From contig NW_014040543.1 in NCBI RefSeq assembly GCF_001186125.1, forward strand, positions 132,299-164,542: a DNA stretch of 32,244 bases, given 5' to 3'. The number at the start of each line of letters is the position of its first letter. The first letter of the stretch is position 1. Shown here piece after piece: positions 12,201 to 23,500 of the stretch. The position numbers and the translations under genes were made by a program. The notes below the pieces were generated by a model. It saw only the letters and a list, made by a program, of their open reading frames with translations, ran no database searches and was not told the origin of the DNA. Source of the stretch: Sphaeroforma arctica JP610 (Eukaryota).

Positions 12201-15200
12201 ATGAGGACGACCAATTCCTCAAGAAGGTCGAGAGCTCTCTGCTGAGTACCCTTGATCTGCAGGTACTGCCTTGCAGACTGGTGCACATGCACAGTATCCA
12301 CGCTCATCTGCCACATGTTTATCAATCAGCCGTATGCATGCTAATTTATCGCCTATCCGTGGATTCTACCGCGCGAGCGCTTGCTGCGCGATAGTGCTGA
12401 ACCCACACAGCCTACTTTATTCTGTGTGCGGGTGTGGTTTGGGGTTGGGGTTGGGCTGAGTTGGGCTGAGCATGGTATATCTATATTTTTTTCCTCCTTA
12501 TATACTAATATATATATATGTATGTATTTAATGCTTTCTTGAATAAAATCGTCGTCAGGGTATCCCCGGTATTAGCAAGGTGTACATGACTGATAAGGAC
12601 AGGCGTAAAATCTTCAACGAGAGTGGAGAGAGTGCCCAGGAGGATGAGTGGAAGCTGGAAACCGATGGCGTCAACTTGTTGGCTGTCATGTCTGAGTTGG
12701 CGATCGACGAGGTGTGTCTGAGATGTATTGTAAACAATACATTCAATAGTTCTTCAAGGATTTAGGGGGTTAGTAGACGTCTCTTCCCCGGCAGCGTGCC
12801 ATTTATACTCGGATATCAGAATCAGCCCAAGTTTGCCTAAGAGTGTGAAGTGCCGCCTCACATCCATCTCACCTGTTGCTGTTGGTCGGTTTTTTATTCG
12901 CATTCCGTTATAACCTATGAATTGATTTGCCATTCCGAACGATTTGCCTTTCAGATCCGAACCACGTCCAATGACATCGTAGAGATCATCCACGGATTGG
13001 GTATCGAAGCCGTGCGAATGTCGCTTAAAAATGAGATCCATAAGGTACGTGTCTGCTGCGAGCGTGGGATTGCTATAGCATCCGCGTGGCCGTACCGTGC
13101 CCGTCGAAAGTGCATAAACAATCGATTGATGTTGCGTTTTCTCGCTGTAAACCCTTGGTCTTCTTTACAGTTTTATCCATTGCAAGCCCTGCGTATCGAT
13201 TCATTTTGGTAAGCGGAGATGAAGCTTTGTTATGGGGATGACTGCCCCACGCCCAAGTAGACTAGAATACACAGATGAACACTTCTCATACATATGAACA
13301 CTTCTCATACATAGCGGTAATGCCTGGCGTGTGGTTATTAGTCTACACCCTGACATGTATCATGTTGCAAACAGCCAGGAAACGACGGCCTTGTTGCATG
13401 TGTGCATAGGATCACAGCCGTCGAACACAGCTTTCACAACCTATCTGGTGCTCACAGAGTCGGTGGTACTAATATCAATGCGCCTGGTTGTGTGCAGGTT
13501 ATCTCCTTCGATGGTTCCTATGTCAACTACCGTCATATGGCCATGCTGGTCGATATGATGACCTTCCGAGGCCACCTGATGTCTATTACGCGTCACGGTA
13601 TCAACCGTAACGACAACGGTTGTCTGCAAAAGGCCTCCTTCGAGGAGACGGTCGAGATTCTGTTCGAGGCTGCTGCCTTTGGAGAGACGGATTACCTCAA
13701 GGGTGTGACGGAGAGTATCATGCTGGGTCAGTTGGCGCCGCTTGGAACGGGTGAATTCGATCTGTTCTTGAACGAGGTACGTTTTTGGGTCTAGGGGTTT
13801 CTCCGTCTCCAGTATTTCTCCCGATGCGTGTTGGTGCTGCGGGTATGTGCTTGCTGAAAGGGTATCGTGAAATCTGTGTTCCGCTGACTACAATAATCTA
13901 CTTGTGTGTGTACACTGTTGAAAGTCGGGGGGTTTTTTTGGTCTTCCGGTGTAATGGATAATCTATCGTAAGCTCACGTACAAACTGCCGGCACGTCATG
14001 GACTCGTGTCTCGGTTCCATTTTCAAAGTGTGCATCCTTTATTGCCTGATCATATACGTACACATAACGTACTTTATTCTCCGGATTTCTTAACATTTGT
14101 GTATTTATGCACGCTTGTCTGCACCACGGCTTACACATACAGGATCAACTCCAGTTCGCACATGACGTTCCGCAAGTGGCGGACTACAACTCATCCATGT
14201 TCGACTCGTTTGCGCCATCCACCGGCATCTTCACACCTTCGCACGAGTATGTGTTTTGTAATTTTAGCCCAGAACGTTGAGGGAGACTATGCTTTGTGTA
14301 TGATGGGTGTATGTATGTGCTATACGGTTGTGCCGGTATGTAAATGGCATATGGTTATTTGCGTATGTAAGTGGTATAAGGTTATTGGCCTTTGGATTTG
14401 TACCGTTGTTGTTGCGTTTACTCTTTGCTGTGCGGAATGCAATTTGATAGGCTATAAATATTCCATGATCCTACACCTTTTCCCTTGTATATGTTTCTTC
14501 TTTCTTCAAATTTTGCCTTACGTTGCAACCGATCGATTACATCGCCAATGGCGCGGCATTCTGCATCTTTTGCGTTTCACTACCGTATCAGTGTTAATTT
14601 ACGGCATTTCGTGTTTTTTTTGCACTACTGAATATATGGTACTGTAGCGGATTTCGTTTGTCTGCACTACCGTACGACTGTACAACATTTCGTTTGTCTG
14701 CACTACCGTATGACTGTACAGCATTTCGTTTGTCTGCACTAATGAAAAAATGTAAATGTACATCATTTCGTTCTTTCCCTAGTCTTTCTTCCCCAAATCT
14801 GGAGATTTGTTTAATGGGATTTGTTTAATGTTTGGCCATCTCACTTGCAGTGGGAGTTATAGCACGGATCTCTACATTCTACACAATACTTCACATCACA
14901 TCTATCCACTGGACGTTTTTTCCTCGTCACATCCTTGCTATCCAATACCTCGAGTCGGTCTCCTCGCGGGGACTTTATCCACGGTGCACATCGTCGTGTA
15001 TGTTAACCCCATCTAATGGTGTATTGTATGCGCACGTGTTACGATCCCAACAGCTCCATGTCACCGGAATACGGCGGCTACTCGCCCGGTGGTATGACCC
15101 CTGGCGCACAGTTCTCGCCCATGCCCGACTCGGGTGCCTTCTCTCCGGCCTATTCCAACGGTAGGTGCGCACACACATAGCGTGAGATGTACGGCTTACT

Positions 15201-17667
15201 GTTGAGGTTATATGTGTAATATGGTGTGTGCAGGCCTTGTGTAGTTGTCTGTGCAATCACGAGAGACGTTGTGTGTGATATGGCTGTACAGGCCTTATCC
15301 AGTGTTATTTGCACGCACGTGCGGCCTAAGAAGCATGCCACGGTATAGAGTGGGGGCTCCATGGTGTGGGGTGGATCATATTAAGATATGTGCAGGTCTG
15401 CGTACCTGACGCGTACTCCTCACGGTCTATGTAGGAATATTAAATCGCATTGTTGGTATTTCACAACAGTCTGTTCGTATACATATAGCCTGCCACGTGC
15501 ACACATTTTGTAAGCGGTTTATCGTGTAGTAGACAGTGGTATGTGTGTGTGCATGTACGCGCCGACTGACATTGACATCCCGTTTTCTTATATAGTGACA
15601 TGTGCTGTAAATAGGCTTGTTCTAGTGGCTGCGTATTGGTACAGGCTGTTGTGTATGATGTATACCTATGTTTGACGAGTACTCCGCAGCTAAAAATACA
15701 GGCTTGGTCACTGTTGAAAGCTACGTCAAGGTTTGTTATTCAATCGTCTTCTTCATCTCCATCTGCATCGTACTACCAAAAGGCCCAGGATCGCCCGGTG
15801 AACCGTGGTCGCCGACATCCCCCGCATACACACCCTCGTCACCTGCGTACAGCCCCACTTCACCGGCTTATTCGCCTACGAGCCCGTCGTACAGCCCCAC
15901 CTCGCCGGCATATAGTCCAACTTCGCCTGCTTACAGGTATGTTCTCTGTCTATTTTTTGTATATCTTGAAAAAATATTGTTTAGTGTGGTGCAGTATGTA
16001 TGTGCAAGTTCATTCTTGTTTTTTTAACATTGTACAATAGATGACTTCTGCATCTCGTCATGACGTTAATTGCGAGGCTGAATAATTGAACACATTCGCA
16101 TTTCCCTACATCCCGAACTCCACCGCCCACCATTGCCATCCTAATCTCCATACTTCGCCTTAAATTCGTATCAATCTACAATGCGTATCTTTGCGCTAAG
16201 CTACTGAACTAACCCCCTTTGCCTACTCCAATACTTCCAGCCCTACCTCGCCCGCATACAGTCCAACGTCGCCAGCGTACAGCCCCACATCTCCATCGTA
16301 CTCGCCGACGTCCCCTGCATACTCGCCCACCAGTCCGGCGTATTCACCCACCAGTCCGGCTTATTCGCCTACGTCGCCGTCGTACAGGTAAGCCTAGGCC
16401 CTGGGATTGAATTGCATTGAGTTGGATTGGATTGGATGGGTCTTACTTTGGGCCAATGGATTTGTTTTCTAAATTGCTACGATGTTGTACGATATTCCGG
16501 TTTTTTCGGGGGTCTGACAATATCGTTGCCGAGGCTCTGGGGTTGTGCCCCCTGGTACAGAGGTTTTTATAATCTGTCGCGCTTACTACAATCACACCCA
16601 CTCATGGTTTGCCATAGCTCGCTTATCTCTACCTGCATCCTGCCACACCCCATCATTGACCACATTCAACGCCTCCCTGCGTATCTTCGTATTTGCACTC
16701 TCTGCAGCCCTACGAGTCCGGCTTACAGCCCGACCAGTCCGGCTTACAGCCCCACATCGCCTTCGTACAGCCCCACATCGCCTTCGTACAGCCCCACGTC
16801 ACCGTCCTACAGCCCCACCTCCCCCGCTTACAGTCCCACGTCACCCGCGTACTCGCCCACGAGCCCGTCGTACAGTAGCTCGGCGGCGGTCTACTCGCCG
16901 AGTTCGCCTGCGTACAGGTAGAGGGCCCTATCATGTGTGTGGTGTACGTGGTCATTGTGATGCAAGTGTGTATGTAGAGTCTCAATGTTGTCTGGGAAGA
17001 TTCTACTCGCATGCATGCACCTGGTTGTGATGCGTGATTGCCTGGCGCAGGTCATGCGGCCTGTAACAAATTTATGCTATGTGTCACCAATATGTCTATG
17101 TTTGATATCCGTTGTCATCTATGTGTGTGATGTCATCTCCAAAGCCACATGTGCGAGGTATTGACAAATGGAATACGATTTCTACGACAATGTCATTGTG
17201 GTTTCTATACGTCCCCGGCGTAAAGTATTCGAATCCACCACTTAAAGTTCACGGTACTGATCCCTCACTCAGACTTCTTTGCTATTCCAATACTCATGAT
17301 ATATAGTCCGACCAGTCCGTCGTACAGTCCCACATCGCCGTCGTATAGTCCGACGTCGCCGTCGTACAGGTAAATTCCCATCTCGAAAACGATTGATGCG
17401 CTCGCATATCGAAAAGTGTGTTTTTCAAGCGTATATACTAGCACGCATCAACGTTGTCTTGCTAATGACATATACTTTTAAAGCATTCAACTGTTAGTCG
17501 TCTGTTAGTCGAACGCTTTATTCGTATATCTAATGCTAGTTCACTTCTGATCTTCAATTTGTAGTCCGACAAGTCCCTCGTACAGTCCAACGGATATGTC
17601 CTATTCCCCGACATCTCCGGTGTATTCACCGGATGGCACAAACGGCACCAAGAAAGACGCCAAGTAG
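212..17667 (+). CDS. RPB1: DNA-directed RNA polymerase II largest subunit (RPB1/POLR2A); 5'-partial, 32 exons in window, about 1640 codons
   Basis: Hand-spliced exons, all GT-AG with phases checked: 212-483, 780-967, 1283-1422, 1877-2037, 2318-2452, 2760-2912, 3202-3369, 3818-3992, 4385-4503, 4703-4871, 5227-5381, 5543-5686, 6065-6250, 6652-6780, 7950-8081, 8857-9036, 9206-9302, 9478-9735, 10361-10476, 11106-11327, 11778-11906, 12170-12262, 12559-12711, 12955-13044, 13498-13776, 14143-14246, 15054-15160, 15783(or 15789)-15936, 16241-16387, 16708-16917, 17307-17369, 17565-17667 (TAG). Hallmark motifs: [43 protein letters not shown], bridge helix [30 protein letters not shown], trigger loop [26 protein letters not shown], and a YSPTSPS heptad CTD that is diagnostic of Pol II. 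Confidence 0.98.
3259..3279 (+). other. Codons for the NADFDGD catalytic Mg2+-binding motif of RPB1
   Basis: AAT GCC GAT TTC GAT GGA GAT within exon 3202-3369; the invariant active-site motif of multisubunit RNA polymerases. Confidence 0.97.
6939..7695. other. Assembly gap (about 750 N) inside an RPB1 intron, flanked by (TA)n-rich sequence
   Basis: Run of N. The flanking exons join seamlessly (GDIIQ|FVYGEDG), so no RPB1 coding exon is missing in the gap. Confidence 0.95.
8111..8381. repeat. Intronic minisatellite, 8 copies of a 34-bp unit (AAAGTAGGCACCAGATGATAGCTGTACGTATATG)
   Basis: Units read directly at 8111, 8145, 8179 (33 bp), 8212, 8246, 8280, 8314 and 8348 (degenerate). Confidence 0.95.
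9669..10169 (+). repeat. Tandem duplication of a 221-bp unit spanning an RPB1 exon 3' end and the start of the next intron; at least 2 full copies plus a partial copy across a 20-N gap
   Basis: 9669-9889 matches 9949-10169 with about 12 mismatches. 9896-9909 restarts the unit and 9930-9944 ends it, on either side of the N run at 9910-9929. Confidence 0.9.
9950..10015 (+). pseudogene. Mutated duplicate (pseudo-exon) of the RPB1 trigger-loop coding segment
   Basis: Translates as (A)[21 protein letters not shown](G) versus the authentic [23 protein letters not shown]. It retains a CAG|GTGTAT donor at 10015/10016. Confidence 0.8.
13275..13312. repeat. Perfect 19-bp tandem duplication (ATGAACACTTCTCATACAT x2), intronic
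   Basis: Read directly at 13275-13293 and 13294-13312. Confidence 0.9.
14605..14772. repeat. Intronic minisatellite, about 36-bp unit (ATTTCGTTTGTCTGCACTACCGTAYGACTGTACARC); about 2.5 good copies plus degenerate flanking copies
   Basis: Units start at 14651, 14687 and 14723; degenerate copies lie near 14605 and 14765. Confidence 0.85.
15807..17667 (+). repeat. RPB1 C-terminal domain heptad repeats (about 28-29 heptads plus a leading WSPTSPA), split over 5 exons
   Basis: The spliced translation gives 11 YSPTSPS, 12 YSPTSPA and the variants [35 protein letters not shown] and YSPDGTN, followed by GTKKDAK-stop. Confidence 0.95.
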
Positions 17668-18208
17668 TAGTGCCTGTTCTGCGCGAGTCGCCGATTTGGC
17701 TTATATCGTACGAGTCTTTTTTCAGAAATTGACGTTGGTTTACTGTCGTTTGGGGAAGAATTGTATTTATGGAATAGGACTGGATGCTACGTACTTTTCC
17801 CCAGCGATAGGGCTGTCGGTGGTGTAGTCCGTGTCTCGAGGTGCACGTATAAGCGATGCAAACAGTTCTGGGCATTGGTTGTACCACGTGGATTTCTCGC
17901 TGTAGCACTGAGATCGGATGAGATGCCGAAACTCGGTTTCACCGCGACGTTGAAGATTATCTGCGAGAAAATGACGAGAAATATGCGTACAAATGTCCAT
18001 CAACAAGATCCGAATACGGCAGTTGTATATCGCACTTTACACACTGACTAGAGTGATACGGGATTTTGGAGGATAGCACTGGAATGTTTTTTTTTGGTGC
18101 TTGGGCGAGTCTTCCTAACAGTAGGAGTTCTGCTGGATAGCCGCAGGGCGAATTGACCCGCCACGTACACGTGAGTGCCTTTCCCAATAGCTACATCACC
18201 TTTAGTGA

Positions 18209-18214
18209 AATAAA
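18209..18214 (+). promoter_or_regulatory. Candidate polyadenylation signal AATAAA for RPB1
   Basis: AATAAA about 540 nt after the stop codon, just before composition shifts to A/T-rich intergenic DNA. Positional inference only. Confidence 0.35.
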
Positions 18215-20549
18215 GAAGTTGTAAACTTCAACGCGGATGGAATTTACGCTTCGAAGCTATTTTATGCACGATTTGTTGATAAATAACCCTTCCATCATGT
18301 AAGAAGGCCAAGGAAGCAAGCAGGAGCCCAGAGCCAAGAGGCCATTATTTTAAATACAAAAATCACTCGCCTGGTGGCTGGTGGTGTCTAGTGATTGGTG
18401 GTCGAACCAAATCTATTAAAACTATTGGGAAAAAAAGGCGGTTTTTGTAAAAAGTAGAATTCATACAAAAAGACAAGTCTCAAGTCTCAACTCTCAACTC
18501 TCGAGACTCGAGCGTCTCTGTATTTGTTTTGAAAAATCCCTTTTTGATTGTTTTCAAAAAAAGAAAAAAAAGAAAAGAAAAGATCGGTCTTTTGTTTTAT
18601 TTTAGAATATAATTCGGAATTCCCTTCTTGTTTTTAGAGTTTTTTAAAATAGTAAACAAAAAGTCCATTATTTAAAAAAAAGGGTTCTTTTTGGAAAAGT
18701 CCTTTTGGCTTTTGAACATGCCACGAAAGTCATTTTTTGAAATGGTTTTATTCGTTTGAGAATTCGAATCCAGATTTCAGTAAATATCGTTGTTTATGTA
18801 CATGTATTTATCATTTAAAAAAAAAGATCATAATTCACAGCCTTCTATTATGTAGAACACATATTGATGTAAATATTTATTTAAGTTTCAACTTTCAACT
18901 TTCAACTCTAAAGGCACCAATGAACATGAAACTATTAACGCCTGAAGCCCTGAAGCCTTCTTGTGTGCCCCGCGGGCTACCTTGTTGAGGTTGAAGGCTG
19001 AGGCTGGAAGCTGGAGGCTGGCCACCTGGAGGATGGACTCCCTGGAGTCCTAGACAGAAAAGAAAACAGATTTTCTAAAAATATACATGGCCCAGCTTTC
19101 ATTTCGTTTAAGCGTCAATACGTTTTCAAAACATTGCGTTAGCGGCAAACAGGATACGTTTTCGTACGTTACATGACCTTGGTGATGAAGCCCGCCAATA
19201 TATTGGCATATGCCGTCCAACTTTAGACACCGAAATATGGGCGATTACCTGATATATAGGTTGAACTTTCGCAGTTTTGGATCCAGTCCAACGCATATTT
19301 GTTATTTTTTGATCTGTTTAGCACAGTTCTTGAAAAAAAGTGTTTTGAAATTGTCGTTTAGGAAGCACCAAATTGAATACATATTTACGGTATTCGTAAA
19401 AGTGGGTGTTTAAAAAACAAACAAACATAAAACGTAGTACTTTTTCAGCTACATAGCGTGTACGGCTGTACGATGTACGTTATGAGGCCTATACGAGTGT
19501 ACGTATTTAGTACGCTGTACGTACCCATAGTAATACCACACTCTGAGTCTCTGACTCATGTGAAATTGTGAATCATGAATTCAGTTTGCGTGTTTATTGG
19601 CTAATAAAATCATATGGCGTGTGCAAGGTAATCCTTTTAAAAATTTCTGATGAATAAATTGCCATTTTAGTTTTCCCTCTCATTCTTCTCGAGAGTAGTA
19701 GAGTAGGAAATAGAACTGAATGGAAAAAGTAAATAGAACTAAAGGCGGCGCGGAGTCTCAGACTCGGCCTTGCGGGCTTATTGTATACCTTTTTTTTTAA
19801 ATAAAAACAAAAGGGCAACTACAAAGTACAATACAGAAAGTACAGACACTCAGTCAGTCAGTCAGTCAATCACTGACTCACTGTATGCAAATATGCCAAT
19901 ATTTATGTCAATATGCATATTGTGCGAATGTACGTTGAGCACCGGTGAGCCAAGCCTTAACTCTCGGATCTCGTGAGGAGTGCTCTCTCCCTTTAAAGTT
20001 TCAAGTTTCAAGTTTCAAATGTAAAATTGTAAATATGAGCGTTTTCGACTCGGACAATCGGACGACGGACTGTGGTCTCTCTTTGAGTCTGTAACAAGTG
20101 ACAAACTGTGTCGCTGACAGGCTCTGAGTAATGAGAGTATTTCTCTCTCTGAGAGAGGTGCGACCAGGATGAGGGACAGAGAGAGCACGACAGCCAGACA
20201 TAGTCAATTATGTAGTCAACTCCCCACTCACCACTGTCACCAGTCACGTCTCACCAGTCCCCATTCAGTCACCCCATAGCCTTCCTATATTGAACAACTT
20301 GTCACATAAATTTATAGCCGCCTAAATTATAACATTTTAGCCTTTTTAGGAATAGTGATACTTACTGCTATTTCAGCTTCGACGGGCGTGATATGAGGTC
20401 GGACTTCGGAGTCGAGAACCCCTTTCGCTGCAGCTATTACAAAATACATGTATAATAACTAAAACAATTCTTTGATGTTACGCACTACTTCGCTGTGTGC
20501 ATTTATATATATCTGCGTCCTTGTCGAATATAACAGATATTAAATTACA

Positions 20550-23500
20550 ATGGGTGTGACTGTGTACTTTCTAGGTGCTGTGATAGTCGCACTTTTAGGT
20601 GTGTGGCAGAGTGAATCATTTCTATACACAAGCCATGAATGCGTGGCAAACGACGGCCCCTTCTCATGCACATATGAGGAGGCGCGTGATAAGTTCCGAG
20701 CTGCAATAACCCCATTTTTGAGAGATGCGAATGATATGCAATCGTATCCTGTCTCTGATGAAGGCCTGGAAATAGGTGTGTATGTCATTCGGCACTTGCA
20801 TCTGTATGCGTTGGTTCTAGAGAGCTCTGCTGCGCAAACAATAGCGAATAAGATGAGGACTGCGTAACGGGGAACAAAATTTTGCTTATTGAATTTAATT
20901 ACTTAATTCGCATAACGAATCTAATTTCATAGTTCGAGGCGCATAGAGTACACCCTCAATGTAATGGGTCGGCCTTTCCACCTAACTGTCTGCTGTTCAT
21001 CAACAGTCTAAATTAAGCATACCTACAGTTGAGATCGCTTGCGAATCATGCCTCTTCTGATTACGTCATGTACATATATATGTTCCACTTTTCAGTTTCA
21101 CTTGAATTTTTGCAGTTTCATATGAACGGCAGTGTACGCCGCAAAGCACTATCTGGCCTGGTACTATACTGTCACCCGAGTGGCACTGGAGCTTCAAACG
21201 AGAAGAGGTTTCTCATAATAGAGTTCTTCCTGAAGTACATATGTGCATGTAGCATGCTATCCTAACTTACGGCCCTTTTTATCGACTCTGTACCTAGACA
21301 TCGCCTACATTGGCAGCAAAGCGCCAACTGGCCTGGTTATCCACATGAGTGGCACTCACGGTGTAGAAGCACACGCTGGTGCTGGTGTCCAAACTGACTG
21401 GTTGCGAAAGCTGAGCGAAGGTAAGTCTGGTGCGTGCTATTTTGTTGTTTACTTTCAGAGTAATATATGCTTTCAAGTTGGAATTGATGCTTTTCCGTTG
21501 GTATGCTCATGTTGCGGTATTCTGTATATCCGTGCTTGATGAAATTTGGTTGTTTATCAAAGTCACGCGCCATCACCGTATATGCGTGGTAAGACAGTGA
21601 TCGTAATGTGTCGATGATGTGTATACAATCCATTTGTACACGCATTATAGTTCGATATCGTGTTACAGTTCGGGTTTAATTTGACCTATCGAACACCCCG
21701 TGATGTGCTTGTCACACGGAAAGGTCAAAGTGCATTCAATTGGTGAATGGGTATGATCTATATATCTCTTATGTCCTGTGTATATTGCGCGCCATCGTAA
21801 ATCTCTCCTGTGCGTTTAATGAATTGGGTCTGAGAGTTTACTTACGTTTGTGCCATCCATACCGAGTTGCAAGCTATCGAAATGCCTCAGCTTTAGACTG
21901 TGGTGGTGTATTTCTTAGGGATGCATCCGAAAGTATAATTCCTAGGAAAAAAATAAACATATTAACCGTAAAACATATTTGATAAAAGTACTGGGCGAAG
22001 TGTGGATCAGATACTCGTGTTGAGGTATCGAGAACAATGTGCGGATGCAACATTATTGACATATTTGCACATATTCTTAGACGGGTATTTTATTGGCATC
22101 AACAGGGACTGGTGGCAAGGAGGTCACTGAGTTTATCCAACCGGATCGCAATGTCGGAATAGTCTTCGTATCTTTGCTGAACCCTTATGGTATGAAGTAT
22201 GGCCGACGATTCAACGAGAATAGCGTTGATCTGAATCGCAATCTGTTGACGGATAAGCAGTGGGTATGACTATCATTCGATCCAATTTTGTTTTCGATAA
22301 GAACAGTTCAATCTGATCTACGCGCCATGATGGCAATCATTGTCATACTGACTGCGTCTTGTATGTATTGTGGTTGTCCATTAAAGATGCGTCGTGACTC
22401 ATACATTAATGTACTCACCCCAACAGGAATCTCTAAAGAAATCTGGTGGTAATGCCAAGAAAGAGTACGAGCAATTCGATGTCCCGCTATTCAACCCTCC
22501 GAGACCGGCAGTTTGGTATGTACTCGACCACCATTTAAACTTGCAGGCATCTTGATGTAAGTACCAATAACCGCTTTTGTGTGATTGTGTCTTTGTACTG
22601 AGAGGCATGTACTTCTATAAGGTTGGGCGGACACAATTCAAATCGTCTCTATTGAGCATAAAGCGAATACTCAGTGATTGTGCAGCCTGCATATGAACAT
22701 CGATTTTCTAATCACATCGGGAATTCGTATGTGCGCTAAAGTCTCACGGATACACACTTCGTTTGTATATTCGTGTCTGCAGGTCCGACAGCTGGCTCAC
22801 TCTACCCAAGGCGCTGTACTACACGGTCATATATGGTGTCAATACGCTCAAAACAGCCGTGGTCACGGGGCAGTACTACAATCCAAAAGGTAAGCGGGGG
22901 CTTTTTTTTGCGCTGAACATTAAGTGTATGTTTGTAATTATAACTCTTGTTGTGTACTGAATTTTCCTTTTACATTAGGGACTTTCTACACTGAACGTTT
23001 ATTCGATGTCCTGTGAACATAATTCCTCTGACGTTCGCTCAATCTCTGTTTTTCATCAGGAATTTTCTACACTGGAGATAAAATTCAGCCAAGCTACCAG
23101 GCTGTGACTGACTACTTCCAGAACCGGAGTGAACTATTTTCAAATGTATGTATGAATGTCTATGATACCGTTATACACTATTCGTCTTAAATCGCTTCGA
23201 TCTCCGTAGTATATCCCAGCAGCCATTATATCGGTGTGGTCAACTTGTCTATGACAGTATCGTATTCCCTTCCCCGTCTGTGTGGTATACGGACACTTGC
23301 TGTAATCTTCTTGAGTATAATTCAGATGGATAATTTTTTAAAAGTAAGAATCATCCAGTTTCCTCCCTTGAGCTACATTGTCTGTTACCTATGCATGACA
23401 AACACTACGATTAACTAGATCATTTCTCTGTGCTTGATGTAGGTACGGACAACTATGATTGTCGATGTCCATACGGGCCTCGGGCCTGCGGGTATAGACA

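Noticed and set aside
14006..14647. 213-aa ORF and the many other 60-165-aa ORFs in the track
   Set aside because: They are intronic read-through, alternative frames or antisense shadows of the real exons, with no recognisable motifs of their own.
212..17667. Minor (U12) or non-canonical introns in RPB1
   Set aside because: All inferred introns are GT-AG and none has the U12 GTATCCTT/ATATCCTT donor.
17668..20549. Hidden gene, tRNA/snRNA or transposon in the intergenic regions (also 24116-26690)
   Set aside because: I recognised no cloverleaf, Sm site, C/D box pair, TIR/LTR pair or coherent exon chain by eye. An Infernal/Rfam and RepeatModeler search would be needed to exclude them fully.
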